A DNA stretch of 64,000 bases, from contig CAWIIQ010000003.1 in NCBI GenBank assembly GCA_963836185.1, positions 416,001 to 480,000 on the forward strand, read 5' to 3'. Positions 47,705 to 57,177 of the stretch are shown here, one piece after another. This stretch comes from Candidatus Krumholzibacteriia bacterium (GTDB taxonomy: Bacteria > Krumholzibacteriota > Krumholzibacteriia > Krumholzibacteriales > Krumholzibacteriaceae). Numbering within the stretch: position 1 is the first letter of the stretch; the number at the start of each line of letters is the position of its first letter. A model generated the notes under the pieces. That model saw only the letters and a list, made by a program, of their open reading frames with translations, made no database searches and had not been told where the DNA came from. The position numbers were made by a program, and so were the translations under genes.

Positions 47705-48853
47705 ATGACAGATAATGGACTTTCCGCGGCAAACGGTCCTGTCCGAGGCTTGAGCGTGACCGTGGTCACTATAATCTGCACGCTTTTCGTCTTCGTGCTG
47801 GCGCGCAGCGTCGATCCGATGACCTCGGACCATCCGGCGTTCGGCGCGGGCGGCGACCACCTGTACTATATCGCGATGGCTGAGGAGCCGGGCGGAGAGT
47901 ACCAGGCGCCATTCTGCTTTCGCGTGCTGACGCCGGCGCTGGCCAGGCTGATGCCATTCGGGACCGCCGACAGTTTCTATTTCCTCACAGTCATCTTTCT
48001 TGTCGGAACCGGCGTGCTCGCCTACTACATCGTTCTTGAGACGGCGAAAGACGGTTATCTCGCGCTGGCAGGTATTGCCATCTTCTATTCCCTCAGCGCC
48101 GCGGCGAAGTTCTGTCTCTACGATTTCTGGCTGACTGAACCGGCTCTCTTCTTCTTCAGCACGCTCGCCGTGCTTCTACTGCTGAAAAACCATGACATAT
48201 GGCTCAGTGTCGCGCTTGCCGTCGCCGTTCTTGCCAAGGAGAGCGCGCTATTTCTCATTCCGCTCGTCTATGCGGTCAGGGCGGAGAGTCTCTTTGACAG
48301 GAAGGCTGCGGTTCGCGCTCTGGCAGTGGCCGTCCTGCCTGTCATCGTCTATCTCGGTGTCCGGATGGTGGTGCCGTCGCTCCCGCAGTCATCTCCGGCC
48401 GAACTTTTCAGGGTGGTCGGCCTCGCGCGGTTGATCGAAGGCCTGGCAGGTTTCCTTCGCGGCGGCACGGTGGGAACGTGGGGAGTCCTGATACCGGCCC
48501 TGATCCTGCTTTCGGGAAAGAAGGGGGGCAGGATCCTGCTGCGCGCACTGCCGTTCCTTATCCTCGTCTACATCCAGCCCCTGTTCGCGAAGAATGTAGA
48601 CCGGCTTCTCGTCTTTGCATTCATAGCAATGATCCCTGCCTCCGTGGAGGGATTACGCAGGATGACAGACCGGTTTCTGCTTTCACGATGGATGGCGGGC
48701 GGATTCATCATCATCCCATTCATCCTTACCGCGCTGAAGAGCGGATACAACCCCCCCAGCCCCGAGCAGCAGCTCGCCGTGCTGGCTGGATGGACCACGA
48801 TCGTCGCGATATCTGTCTCCGTGAGGAAAAAGAAAACGGGACTCGAACCCTGA
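47705..48853 (+). CDS. Polytopic membrane protein, GT-C-like
   Basis: About 10 hydrophobic segments; DHLYYIAMA, PFCFRVLTP, LAKES. Confidence 0.6.
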   Translation: MTDNGLSAANGPVRGLSVTVVTIICTLFVFVLARSVDPMTSDHPAFGAGGDHLYYIAMAEEPGGEYQAPFCFRVLTPALARLMPFGTADSFYFLTVIFLVGTGVLAYYIVLETAKDGYLALAGIAIFYSLSAAAKFCLYDFWLTEPALFFFSTLAVLLLLKNHDIWLSVALAVAVLAKESALFLIPLVYAVRAESLFDRKAAVRALAVAVLPVIVYLGVRMVVPSLPQSSPAELFRVVGLARLIEGLAGFLRGGTVGTWGVLIPALILLSGKKGGRILLRALPFLILVYIQPLFAKNVDRLLVFAFIAMIPASVEGLRRMTDRFLLSRWMAGGFIIIPFILTALKSGYNPPSPEQQLAVLAGWTTIVAISVSVRKKKTGLEP

Positions 48854-48918
48854 GGTCCGGCCCCGTTTTCCCTGAAGACTCATGTTCTTCAGCAGGAACA
48901 ACGCGATACAGCCAGGTG

Positions 48919-49878
48919 CTATTTCTTGATCTTCGCTCTGCCCGTACCTGTACTTATCTCTATCTTCCTCGCGCCGCTTCCCTTTGTGAACCATTTCCGG
49001 ATGTACGTTTCGTCGTTGCGCTCGTACTCTTCCTCGTCCTCAAAATCGAAAGAGGATGATATCTTGCCGTCCCGTTTTCTTGCCGACATCACGACGTGCG
49101 CGTCCAGGTCGGAGCCTCCGCATTCGATGGTGGCCCTGCCTGTCCCCGAGCTTATCTCGAGTTCGTAGGATTCCCCTTCGGGGAGGTCGATCGTGGCATT
49201 TCCCGTTCCGGACGAGAACTCACCAAAATCCTTCAGCGCCAGGCCGGACGCTTCGACGTGGCCCGTTCCTGAATTCGCGTCGAAATCACCCTTTGAGTTG
49301 CTGATCTCTACATCGCCCGTTCCTGAGGAGGCATCGAAGTTTCCGTCCGCGTCTTTGACAGTGACATCGCCGGTGCCGGAGCTGAGCTCGAATTCACCAT
49401 CGGCATCCGACAATATGATATCACCTGTGCCGCTGCTCGCTTCGATGTCGCCTTTGAATCCCGAGATGACGATCGAGCCAGTTCCTGAACTGGCATCCAG
49501 TTCTCCGCTGAGCCCGGAAGCTTTCAATCCGCCGGTAGCGGAACTGAACTCTATTTCGATTCCTTTGGGCACAACGATGACCCATTCCGACTCGCCCTTG
49601 ACATCATTTCCATCGATGTCTTCCTCGACTGACAGGGAGCCGCCCCTCTCCTTGAACTTAACCTCGAACTCGTCGTCATCGTACGTGTACTCGACGCGGA
49701 TCTGGATGTCGCTTCCGCTGCCCTGCTTGATGACGCAGTCGCCGAGAACGGTCTTCACCTTCAGCGTCTCGACCCGGTCGAACGTCTTCTCGATCACCTT
49801 CGCCTTTTTCGCGAAAGCGGCCGATGACAGTGAGCATACGATCATGACGAGCACGAGTATCCCCAGAGTCCTTTTCAT
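48919..49878 (-). CDS. DUF4097-family beta-strand repeat protein
   Basis: Signal peptide, GGAGG RBS, repeated SSGTGxV units. Confidence 0.85.
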   Translation of the reverse strand: MKRTLGILVLVMIVCSLSSAAFAKKAKVIEKTFDRVETLKVKTVLGDCVIKQGSGSDIQIRVEYTYDDDEFEVKFKERGGSLSVEEDIDGNDVKGESEWVIVVPKGIEIEFSSATGGLKASGLSGELDASSGTGSIVISGFKGDIEASSGTGDIILSDADGEFELSSGTGDVTVKDADGNFDASSGTGDVEISNSKGDFDANSGTGHVEASGLALKDFGEFSSGTGNATIDLPEGESYELEISSGTGRATIECGGSDLDAHVVMSARKRDGKISSSFDFEDEEEYERNDETYIRKWFTKGSGARKIEISTGTGRAKIKK

Positions 49879-50069
49879 CGCTCCTCCTTCTGTGAGCGTA
49901 AATTTCCGGATACGCAATACAGCCACATATATAGGTACGAAGCAGGAGGGATCCTGTTGCACAGGAAAAGTGGAATCATTGGATATTGTTGATTATAAGA
50001 GAGATAAAGGCGGTGGGTGCCGCCGGCCGCTCACGTCTGACCGGCAGCAATGTCGCAGATCATCGCTGA

Positions 50070-50507
50070 TCAGTCTTTCAGGTCCCACCATCCATACCAG
50101 TTGACGTAGATGATCACTTTCTGATCCATAACATCGTTTCCGTCGAACATCTGTTTTTCCCAGGCGTACTCCGCGCCGAGGGATCCCGAGAGACCGGATG
50201 CCACGAAGGTATCCAGTGATATTCCAAGTGTCGGGCCCATGAGGTTGTTCCACGGCAATCCTTCGGTATCCCACTTGAAACGCAGCTTCGCGTAGGTGTT
50301 CAATGACGTGTTGCCCCACTTGCCCCAGTCGAGGCCCTGTTTGATCCAGCCGTCAAGCACGAGGTTCTCAACACCTTCCTTCGGAATCTCATACCTCAGC
50401 TCACCCCAGGAAGCTCCGCGCAGTCCCGCGATCTCCGCACGTGCTCCTCCGGTGCCGGCCACCATCATGAGCAGCAGCACCAGAATTCCACCGATAAACC
50501 GGTTCAT
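50070..50507 (-). CDS. Small Trp-rich exported beta-barrel-like protein
   Basis: Signal peptide, amphipathic strands, C-terminal WYGWWDLKD; starts 2 bp after the GT-C gene. Confidence 0.65.
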   Translation of the reverse strand: MNRFIGGILVLLLMMVAGTGGARAEIAGLRGASWGELRYEIPKEGVENLVLDGWIKQGLDWGKWGNTSLNTYAKLRFKWDTEGLPWNNLMGPTLGISLDTFVASGLSGSLGAEYAWEKQMFDGNDVMDQKVIIYVNWYGWWDLKD

Positions 50508-50509
50508 TG

Positions 50510-51919
50510 TTATCTCCTTCCGAAAACCAGGGCGTGTGTCTCGCCCCACGAATGCTCAATAGTAAAATCCTCGAGCAGCCTGCAGTCACCATCCAGGATG
50601 TCCCGGAAGCTCTCGCTCGGGTATTGCTTCCCGTAGTAATCGTCCTCGCAGATGACGAAATCGACCCGCTTGTCGAGTCTGCGTGCATCCTCGTCGCCGC
50701 GGATGAACCACGTTATATGGTCGAACCTCGCACCGGGATATTTCGACTCGAGGGCGTATTCGTACATGACTCCGTCCCAGCCGTTCGTCGCGACGGTCAT
50801 GCCGTCAAATCCGTTGTACATGAGGTATTCGATGACGGGACTGACGTCGGGGTGCTGCTTCTCGAGCCACCTGAGGTTGTTGATCCCGTATGCCCACACG
50901 ACGGTGACGACAGAAACGGTGAAGAAGACCTTCACCGCGCGGCTCGTCTCACGCATCGAGAAGAGGTGCGCTATGTGGTCTATTCCCATCGCGCCGGCGG
51001 GGGCGAGGAAGAGCAGGGCGAATACGACATTCTTGTTCACCGATGCCTCTGCCCTCGTGATAATGTGAATAAGGAGAATCGGCATCGAGGCGAGTATAAG
51101 CAGGGCGGCAAGATGCCTGTACCTCTCGTGAAAGAGGCCGAAGGCGGCGAGCAGGTAAGCGAGCGAGAGCCAGCGGAAGGTCCAGTCGAATATCGTCGCC
51201 AACGGCATATTCGAGGCCTCCCTGGCATTCTCGATCTGGTAGATCACCTGCGGATTCGGTGGATATGGAGTAAGCCAGAAAAAGAGTGTCATGAATATGG
51301 TCAGCGGCGCGAGTCCGAAGAGGACCGACTTCATCGCGCCGTGCCTCAGGATGACATATATCAGGAACGCGGGAATGAATACCGGCAGAAGGTACTTCGT
51401 TATCGCCGCGAGGCAGAGCAGGATCGTCGCCGTGACCAGTGCCGCCGCCTCGAATCCGGCCGAGCCGGCCTTGTGAGCTGCGACCGTCATAAGCAGGGCC
51501 CCTCCGAGGAAGAGGGCCGCCGTCATGTCGTATGTCGCCAGTTTCATCAGGTAGAGGGCCTGTCCGGAGAACATGAATATCGCGGCTGCCAGCAGTCCGA
51601 GGTCCCTGCCGGCGAGCATCCTCGTCGCTAGGTATATACAGCCGGTAAGCATCAGCCCCAGGATGATGTTCATCATCCTGGCGCCGTAGAGCCCGCCGAA
51701 CGAGTCGCCGAACGAGGCGAACAGCGGCCACGTCATCACCGACCCGGTATGTGCGGGGCAGCCGGGGCAGTATTCGCCGGCGACGAGCTGGCGCCCCATC
51801 ACGATGTGATAAGCCTCGTCGACGAAGACCGAGTTATAGTCGAGCTTCACCAGGCTGATCACAAGGCCGTAGGCGAGGATGCCGCCAAGGAGGATGTAAT
51901 GTATCCTTCGCGATCTCAT
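50510..51919 (-). CDS. GT-C glycosyltransferase (GT39/ArnT/PMT_2-like)
   Basis: FVDEAYH after TM1, ATYD, TKY; many TM helices and a C-terminal periplasmic domain. Confidence 0.85.
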   Translation of the reverse strand: MRSRRIHYILLGGILAYGLVISLVKLDYNSVFVDEAYHIVMGRQLVAGEYCPGCPAHTGSVMTWPLFASFGDSFGGLYGARMMNIILGLMLTGCIYLATRMLAGRDLGLLAAAIFMFSGQALYLMKLATYDMTAALFLGGALLMTVAAHKAGSAGFEAAALVTATILLCLAAITKYLLPVFIPAFLIYVILRHGAMKSVLFGLAPLTIFMTLFFWLTPYPPNPQVIYQIENAREASNMPLATIFDWTFRWLSLAYLLAAFGLFHERYRHLAALLILASMPILLIHIITRAEASVNKNVVFALLFLAPAGAMGIDHIAHLFSMRETSRAVKVFFTVSVVTVVWAYGINNLRWLEKQHPDVSPVIEYLMYNGFDGMTVATNGWDGVMYEYALESKYPGARFDHITWFIRGDEDARRLDKRVDFVICEDDYYGKQYPSESFRDILDGDCRLLEDFTIEHSWGETHALVFGRR

Positions 51920-54132
51920 TATTCCACCAGCTCCTCGATCTGGTCGGCGATCATCACGAGATACTTCGCCGACTCGCTGTGCGGCTTGTCGAATTCGATT
52001 CCCATAAGGGCCTCGGGGAAGTCCTCGACCGGCAGAAGGGTCGTGCGGGCGACTTTACCCTCGATATCGATTATGTCCTGGCCGACGATGACCCTCATCT
52101 TCACCGGGTCGCCCGGTTCGACGGGGATCTCGGTGGCGATCATGCAGCCCGTCTCAGATACGTTTCTGATAGCCGAGTATCGCGGTTTCCTGTCGCCGTT
52201 CGTAACGACGGCGGGCAGCCAGGCCCGGACCCTCCGCGCCCTCTCGGGAATCTCCTCATCCTTCTTCAGTCGCCTGTCGAGGTATGTCTCGTATCTCGTC
52301 GAGTACTCGCTGAGAAACTTCGATACCGATGACGCTGAGAGGTAACGGGTGAGGCGGTCCCTTCGTGCTCGCGGCATGCCGTTGAGCTTTATGCCGAGCC
52401 TCGATGCGAGGTGGCCGTTAGCTTTGACCGTTCTGCTGTGCGTGATGTAGCCTTCCGTCTCGATGTTGCCGCCGGGCAGGATCAACTCGAGGCCGATCTT
52501 CCTGACGGCCGGAGCCTTATCGAGCGTCATTATAGAGATGCCCTCGTGTGTGAGGTTGTCGGCGACGGCGATCCGTTTCTCTCTGCCCTCGCCGTTCTCG
52601 TAGCGGTAGAACATCGGAACGTTGTCGGCGATCCGGAAATTCTCCCTCTTCTGGGAGAACTTCTTCCGCGCGTACTGTATGATCCCTATCCCCAGGCCGG
52701 TGTTGTAGAGGGCCCAGAGACTGTTGACTGCGATTATGAATTCGTCGCTCCGCTCGCCGAGCAGCAGGAAGGTAAGGGCCCAGACGATAGCGGTGATGCT
52801 TACGAGCACTACGACTATCTGCGGTATCAGATACCTTCCGGACGATCCACCGCTTCCCTTCGGCGTGACCGCGAACTTCCGCGACCGTTTCGGCATCAGG
52901 AAGGCGAAGAGCGAACTGAGGTATGTGATGAACTTGCCCATGCTGAACTGCTCGAGCAGCAGGTTCCCCCCGAATCCGCGTCCCATCTCATTGAAGGCGA
53001 ATATCGATATCGCGTAGTACGGTATGAAATGGAGGAGGTACTTTATATCGATCGCGTGCATCGGCAAGACGCCTGTGAACAGGATTATCGGCGGAGTGAC
53101 GTAGAAGACAAGCTTCTGGAATCCCTCGAAAGGATAGATCAGGCTCGCCAGGTAACAGAGGCGCTGCGGAAAGCTCAGCCCCTTTATGAAGAGGGGATTA
53201 GCCTTGAAGAAGACCTGCCAGCCGCCGAGCCCCCAGCGGCGCCGCTGGATGTGGAATGGCACGATCGTTTCGGCGGCGATACCGTAGGCGAGCGGTTCGT
53301 TGTGATAGACCGATCCCCACCCTTCCGACTGCAGCCTGATCGAGGTCATCATGTCCTCGGTGATCGAGTCGGTGGCGAAGCCGTCGATGTCGTCGAGCGC
53401 CTTCCTGCGGATGATCGCGCACGTGCCGACGAAGTAGGCGGCGTTCCAGTGATCCCTGCCGGGCTGGATGATGTAGTAGAAGAGCCCCTGCTCGGCCCAG
53501 ATGTATTTCTTCTCGGGAGCTACCCGGTGCTGGAACGAGTCGATATTGTAGAACTCCTGGGGCGCCTGCGCGAATCCGAGCTCGTCATCCTCGAAGTACC
53601 CGAGCAGGCGGTCGATGAAATGGGGCAGTGGGGCATGGTCGGCGTCGAATACCGCGACGAACTCCGCCTCGGAATGCTCGAGGCCGAAGTTGAGGTTTCC
53701 CGCTTTTGCGTTCTCGTGTTCCTCTCGGGCGAGGTATATGCAGCCGAGCTCCTCGCAGAGCTCGACGACTTCGTCGCGGCCGCCGTCGTCGAGGACGAGG
53801 GTCCTGTGGGGATATTTCAGGTCGTTGCAGGCGAGCAGGGTCTTACGTAGTACCTCGACCGGTTCGTTGATCGTCGGTATAAGGACGTCGACCGTCCTGT
53901 CCTCGAGCGGTTCGGGGGCCTCGCGCGTCTTCGGTTTCCAGACAGTGAAGTAGAAGAGGATCGTTGTGAAGAAGCCGAAGACTTCGGCGCACCAGAGCGA
54001 CCACGAGAAGAAGAGAGCGTTCGGATTGAACGTCTCTGTGACTCGCCAGTACAGGTAGTAGATCGTTACGGCGACCGCCAGTACGGCTATGACACGCCTG
54101 AAGCGTTCGCCTTTAAGGTTCCTGAAGTCCAT
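51919..54132 (-). CDS. Cellulose synthase (BcsA)-like processive GT2 with two PilZ domains
   Basis: DDG, AKAGNLN, FDADH, TED, QRRRW; PilZ-like RENFR/NLTHEG and RARRVR/NVSETG. Confidence 0.9.
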   Translation of the reverse strand: MDFRNLKGERFRRVIAVLAVAVTIYYLYWRVTETFNPNALFFSWSLWCAEVFGFFTTILFYFTVWKPKTREAPEPLEDRTVDVLIPTINEPVEVLRKTLLACNDLKYPHRTLVLDDGGRDEVVELCEELGCIYLAREEHENAKAGNLNFGLEHSEAEFVAVFDADHAPLPHFIDRLLGYFEDDELGFAQAPQEFYNIDSFQHRVAPEKKYIWAEQGLFYYIIQPGRDHWNAAYFVGTCAIIRRKALDDIDGFATDSITEDMMTSIRLQSEGWGSVYHNEPLAYGIAAETIVPFHIQRRRWGLGGWQVFFKANPLFIKGLSFPQRLCYLASLIYPFEGFQKLVFYVTPPIILFTGVLPMHAIDIKYLLHFIPYYAISIFAFNEMGRGFGGNLLLEQFSMGKFITYLSSLFAFLMPKRSRKFAVTPKGSGGSSGRYLIPQIVVVLVSITAIVWALTFLLLGERSDEFIIAVNSLWALYNTGLGIGIIQYARKKFSQKRENFRIADNVPMFYRYENGEGREKRIAVADNLTHEGISIMTLDKAPAVRKIGLELILPGGNIETEGYITHSRTVKANGHLASRLGIKLNGMPRARRDRLTRYLSASSVSKFLSEYSTRYETYLDRRLKKDEEIPERARRVRAWLPAVVTNGDRKPRYSAIRNVSETGCMIATEIPVEPGDPVKMRVIVGQDIIDIEGKVARTTLLPVEDFPEALMGIEFDKPHSESAKYLVMIADQIEELVE

Positions 54133-54312
54133 GGCACAGATGCTCGTCTATTGAAGTATGACCTCAGGTCAGGGGGCAATTGAAAACTGCGAGATTCCCG
54201 TTGCGGCCCTGGACCCAATTGTTCGAACAACACCGTTCCCATTCGTGTGGGAACATGTCATAATTATACCATAGATCAACTGGTTATAACAATAGACGAG
54301 GAGGCGTAACGA

Positions 54313-54879
54313 ATGGCTGAACGTGTATGTCCATGGTGGATGGGGTACTTCCTCATGACTCCGTTCAGAAAATTAATCGAAAATCCCCGGAAAATCCTCT
54401 CTCCATTCGTGAAAAAGGGGATGAAAGTCCTCGAACCGGGGTGCGGGATGGGTTTTTTCACTATCGAGGCGGCCAGGCTGACAGGGCCGGAAGGCAGGGT
54501 CTACGCCGTCGATCTGCAGGAGAAGATGATCAGTGCCCTCGAGCGCCGTGTGCGCAGGGCGAAGATGTCAGATGTCATCGAGGCGAGGGTCTGCCCGGCC
54601 GATACGATGGATGTCGGTGACCTGGACGGATCGATCGACCTCGTCCTCGCCTTCTGCCTCGTTCACGAGGTGCCCGATGCTGACAGGCTCTTCAGGGAGT
54701 TCCGGCAGGCGCTGAAGTCCGATGGATGCTGTCTTGTAATCGAGCCACCAGGGCATGTCACGGAGGAGGCTTTCGAGGTGACGCTTGAAACTGCCCGAGC
54801 GGCTGGATTTACCATCAGCCCGGGGCCGGATTTAGGGAAGAACCTTACGGCTGTGCTGGAGCTGGAGATCGGGGAGTAA
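54313..54879 (+). CDS. Class I SAM-dependent methyltransferase
   Basis: VCPWW, VLEPGCGMG, YAVDLQ, VHEVPD. Confidence 0.9.
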   Translation: MAERVCPWWMGYFLMTPFRKLIENPRKILSPFVKKGMKVLEPGCGMGFFTIEAARLTGPEGRVYAVDLQEKMISALERRVRRAKMSDVIEARVCPADTMDVGDLDGSIDLVLAFCLVHEVPDADRLFREFRQALKSDGCCLVIEPPGHVTEEAFEVTLETARAAGFTISPGPDLGKNLTAVLELEIGE

Positions 54880-54880
54880 G

Positions 54881-55954
54881 ATGGATCTGGAAATACTTGG
54901 TTGGGATTCGCAGTTAAGCGCTGCATTCGAGGCATATCAGGGGGATGACTATGTCCCTTTGCGGGTAACAAGGGATAATCGAAACATATATTCGGCCATC
55001 GGTGAATCTGGCGAATACTGGTGTGAAGTTTCCGGCAAATTCAGGTATGGCACCGGGGAAAAGAGCGGTTATCCCGTTGTCGGTGACTGGGTGGCAGTAA
55101 CGACACGGCCAGATGAAAAGAAAGCCACCATTCACGCGATACTCCCCAGAAAAAACAGGTTCAGCAGGAAAGTGGCCGGCGAAGTCACAGACGAACAGGT
55201 GATCGCCACAAATATCGACACTGTATTTATTGTTACCGGGTTGGATGAAAACTACAACCTGAGGCGGATCGAACGATATCTTTCGGTCGCCTGGGACAGC
55301 GGGATCATCCCTGTTATCCTTTTGAATAAATCTGATCTTTGCCCCGAGTACGATGCCCGGGTGAATGAAGTCGAATCGATCGCGATCGGAACGGACGTGC
55401 TGGCTGTCAGCGCGCTGGAATCAACAGGAATAGATTGCCTGGATAAGTATATCAGGAAAGGGAAGACCGTAGCCTTTTTAGGATCATCCGGAGTGGGGAA
55501 ATCGACGATAATCAACTCACTTCTCGGCACCGAATATATGAAGGTCAACGAAGTGAATGAAACGGGAAGCAGGGGGCGGCATACTACTACCCACCGTGAA
55601 CTTATAGTCCTGCCGGACGGGGGAATGGTGATCGATACTCCCGGTATGCGTGAGTTGCAGGTCTGGGGTGATGAAGACGGGTTGAGACAGGTATTCGAAG
55701 ATATTGAACGCCTGGCGGAATCCTGTCAGTTCCGGGACTGTAATCATGAAGCCGAACCGGGCTGCGCGGTGCGGGAAGCCCTGGAGACCAATACACTGTC
55801 AGCTGAACGATTCGAAAGTTATCTGAAACTGAAAAAGGAATACGAATATCTGGCAAGCAGGCAGACGATGAAACCAAGCGCGATCGAGAAAGCTAAATGG
55901 AAAGACATCAAGATATTTGCCAGGCATATCAAGAACCGGGATAAACACAGATAG
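54881..55954 (+). CDS. rsgA: Ribosome small subunit-dependent GTPase A
   Basis: PVVGDWV, NKSD, GSSGVGKS, GRHTT, DTPGMRE, CQFRDCNHEAEPGC. Confidence 0.96.
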   Translation: MDLEILGWDSQLSAAFEAYQGDDYVPLRVTRDNRNIYSAIGESGEYWCEVSGKFRYGTGEKSGYPVVGDWVAVTTRPDEKKATIHAILPRKNRFSRKVAGEVTDEQVIATNIDTVFIVTGLDENYNLRRIERYLSVAWDSGIIPVILLNKSDLCPEYDARVNEVESIAIGTDVLAVSALESTGIDCLDKYIRKGKTVAFLGSSGVGKSTIINSLLGTEYMKVNEVNETGSRGRHTTTHRELIVLPDGGMVIDTPGMRELQVWGDEDGLRQVFEDIERLAESCQFRDCNHEAEPGCAVREALETNTLSAERFESYLKLKKEYEYLASRQTMKPSAIEKAKWKDIKIFARHIKNRDKHR

Positions 55955-55975
55955 AATCGGATTCGTGTAGGATTG

Positions 55976-57175
55976 TCAGCGATCCGGACCGAGGAGATGC
56001 CCGTCGAAGTCGAACTGGAAGTTCATGTAGAGGATGTCGTCGTCGATATCTGACTCGAATTCGTTTGTTGCCTGCTTGCTGACGTAATTGAGCTGGAGCC
56101 TCAGGTGTTCCATAGGTGACCAGTTGATCCCCGCTGTCCAGTCATCCTGTATCGTCTCGTTTCCATCCTGTCCAGACTCGCTGACAAACCGGTCGAATCT
56201 CACGGCCAGCTCAAGACGGCCCTTGAATAGCGGCCAGACCCCCTGAATCCCCCATCCCGAGTAGTCATAGAGGTATTGAACGGCATCGAAGTAGTCGTCC
56301 ATCTCACCGGCGCCGTAGAATCCGTAGAGCCGCGGCGCGTGCTCGTGCCCGATTGCGATGTCGGCCGACCATACCTTCCGGTCGATATCCATCACCGGCC
56401 CGCGGTCGCCGAGCAGAACGTCGCTGTGGCTGTTGTAGCTCGCGTGAAAGCCAGCGGTAAGCCAGTGAGTAGGATCGAACTCGAGCCGTCCCCCGTAGTA
56501 CATGTCGCCAAACGAATTGGTGTAGAGGAACTCCTCATTCTCACGCCCCCCGATATACCTGTTGGCGCCCATCCCGTTTCCCGCCATCAGGAACCACCGG
56601 ATCTCCCACTGCCTGCCGCCCGGATACGCTCCCTTGATGGCAAGCCCGAGGTCCCTGTCGTACGACTTCGCTGACATGACCGAAGATATGTAGGGGGTCC
56701 TGGTCATCGAATAGTCCCCGACCCTCCTGCCGAATGTCGTCCTCGACGCGAAATCGAGATCGTTATAGGCAGTGAGCACCTCGGCGGTCGAGGGAAACTT
56801 CATCTGCCCGATATACAGCCTGAAATACTCGGCAGGGAGCCAGCCGCCGTAGAAATCGACGACATCTGTCCTCTCCTCGAGCCGGATCCGCAGGAGGAGC
56901 TGGAGGTCGCCCTTCGGGGATCCGAGGATGAATGCGATACGGCCGTGCCTGAAGGCGAATCCGGAGGCATAGCTGTCAGCCTGGTCCCCGCTTCCCGGCT
57001 GGACCAGTCCGTTCTGGACCTGCTCGTAGATCGTCCACCAGAAACTCGCCGTCGCTTCCATGTCGAGGGTCGGGGATGAACCCGCGTCCTCATCCGCCGC
57101 TGCCGGACAGGGAAGGGCCGCCTGGAGCAGCAGGGCTGCCAGGACAGGTATAAGATATGAACGCACATTTATCAT
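55976..57175 (-). CDS. Porin (OprO/OprP-like)
   Basis: Signal peptide; GQMKFP, DRDLG, ELAVRFD, GINW...LRLQLNY, FQFDF. Confidence 0.75.
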   Translation of the reverse strand: MINVRSYLIPVLAALLLQAALPCPAAADEDAGSSPTLDMEATASFWWTIYEQVQNGLVQPGSGDQADSYASGFAFRHGRIAFILGSPKGDLQLLLRIRLEERTDVVDFYGGWLPAEYFRLYIGQMKFPSTAEVLTAYNDLDFASRTTFGRRVGDYSMTRTPYISSVMSAKSYDRDLGLAIKGAYPGGRQWEIRWFLMAGNGMGANRYIGGRENEEFLYTNSFGDMYYGGRLEFDPTHWLTAGFHASYNSHSDVLLGDRGPVMDIDRKVWSADIAIGHEHAPRLYGFYGAGEMDDYFDAVQYLYDYSGWGIQGVWPLFKGRLELAVRFDRFVSESGQDGNETIQDDWTAGINWSPMEHLRLQLNYVSKQATNEFESDIDDDILYMNFQFDFDGHLLGPDR

Positions 57176-57177
57176 TT

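Noticed and set aside
49130-49550. SSGTG periodicity as a DNA repeat array
   Set aside because: The repeat is at the protein level with divergent codons, typical of DUF4097 proteins.
54133-54312. c-di-GMP riboswitch upstream of the BcsA-like gene; hairpin GTTCCCA-N6-TGGGAAC
   Set aside because: No GEMM-type GCAAA / GNRA-receptor pattern on the minus strand, and a single hairpin is insufficient.
54881-55954. AT-richer rsgA as a mobile element
   Set aside because: No flanking repeats or mobility genes; composition alone is too weak as evidence.
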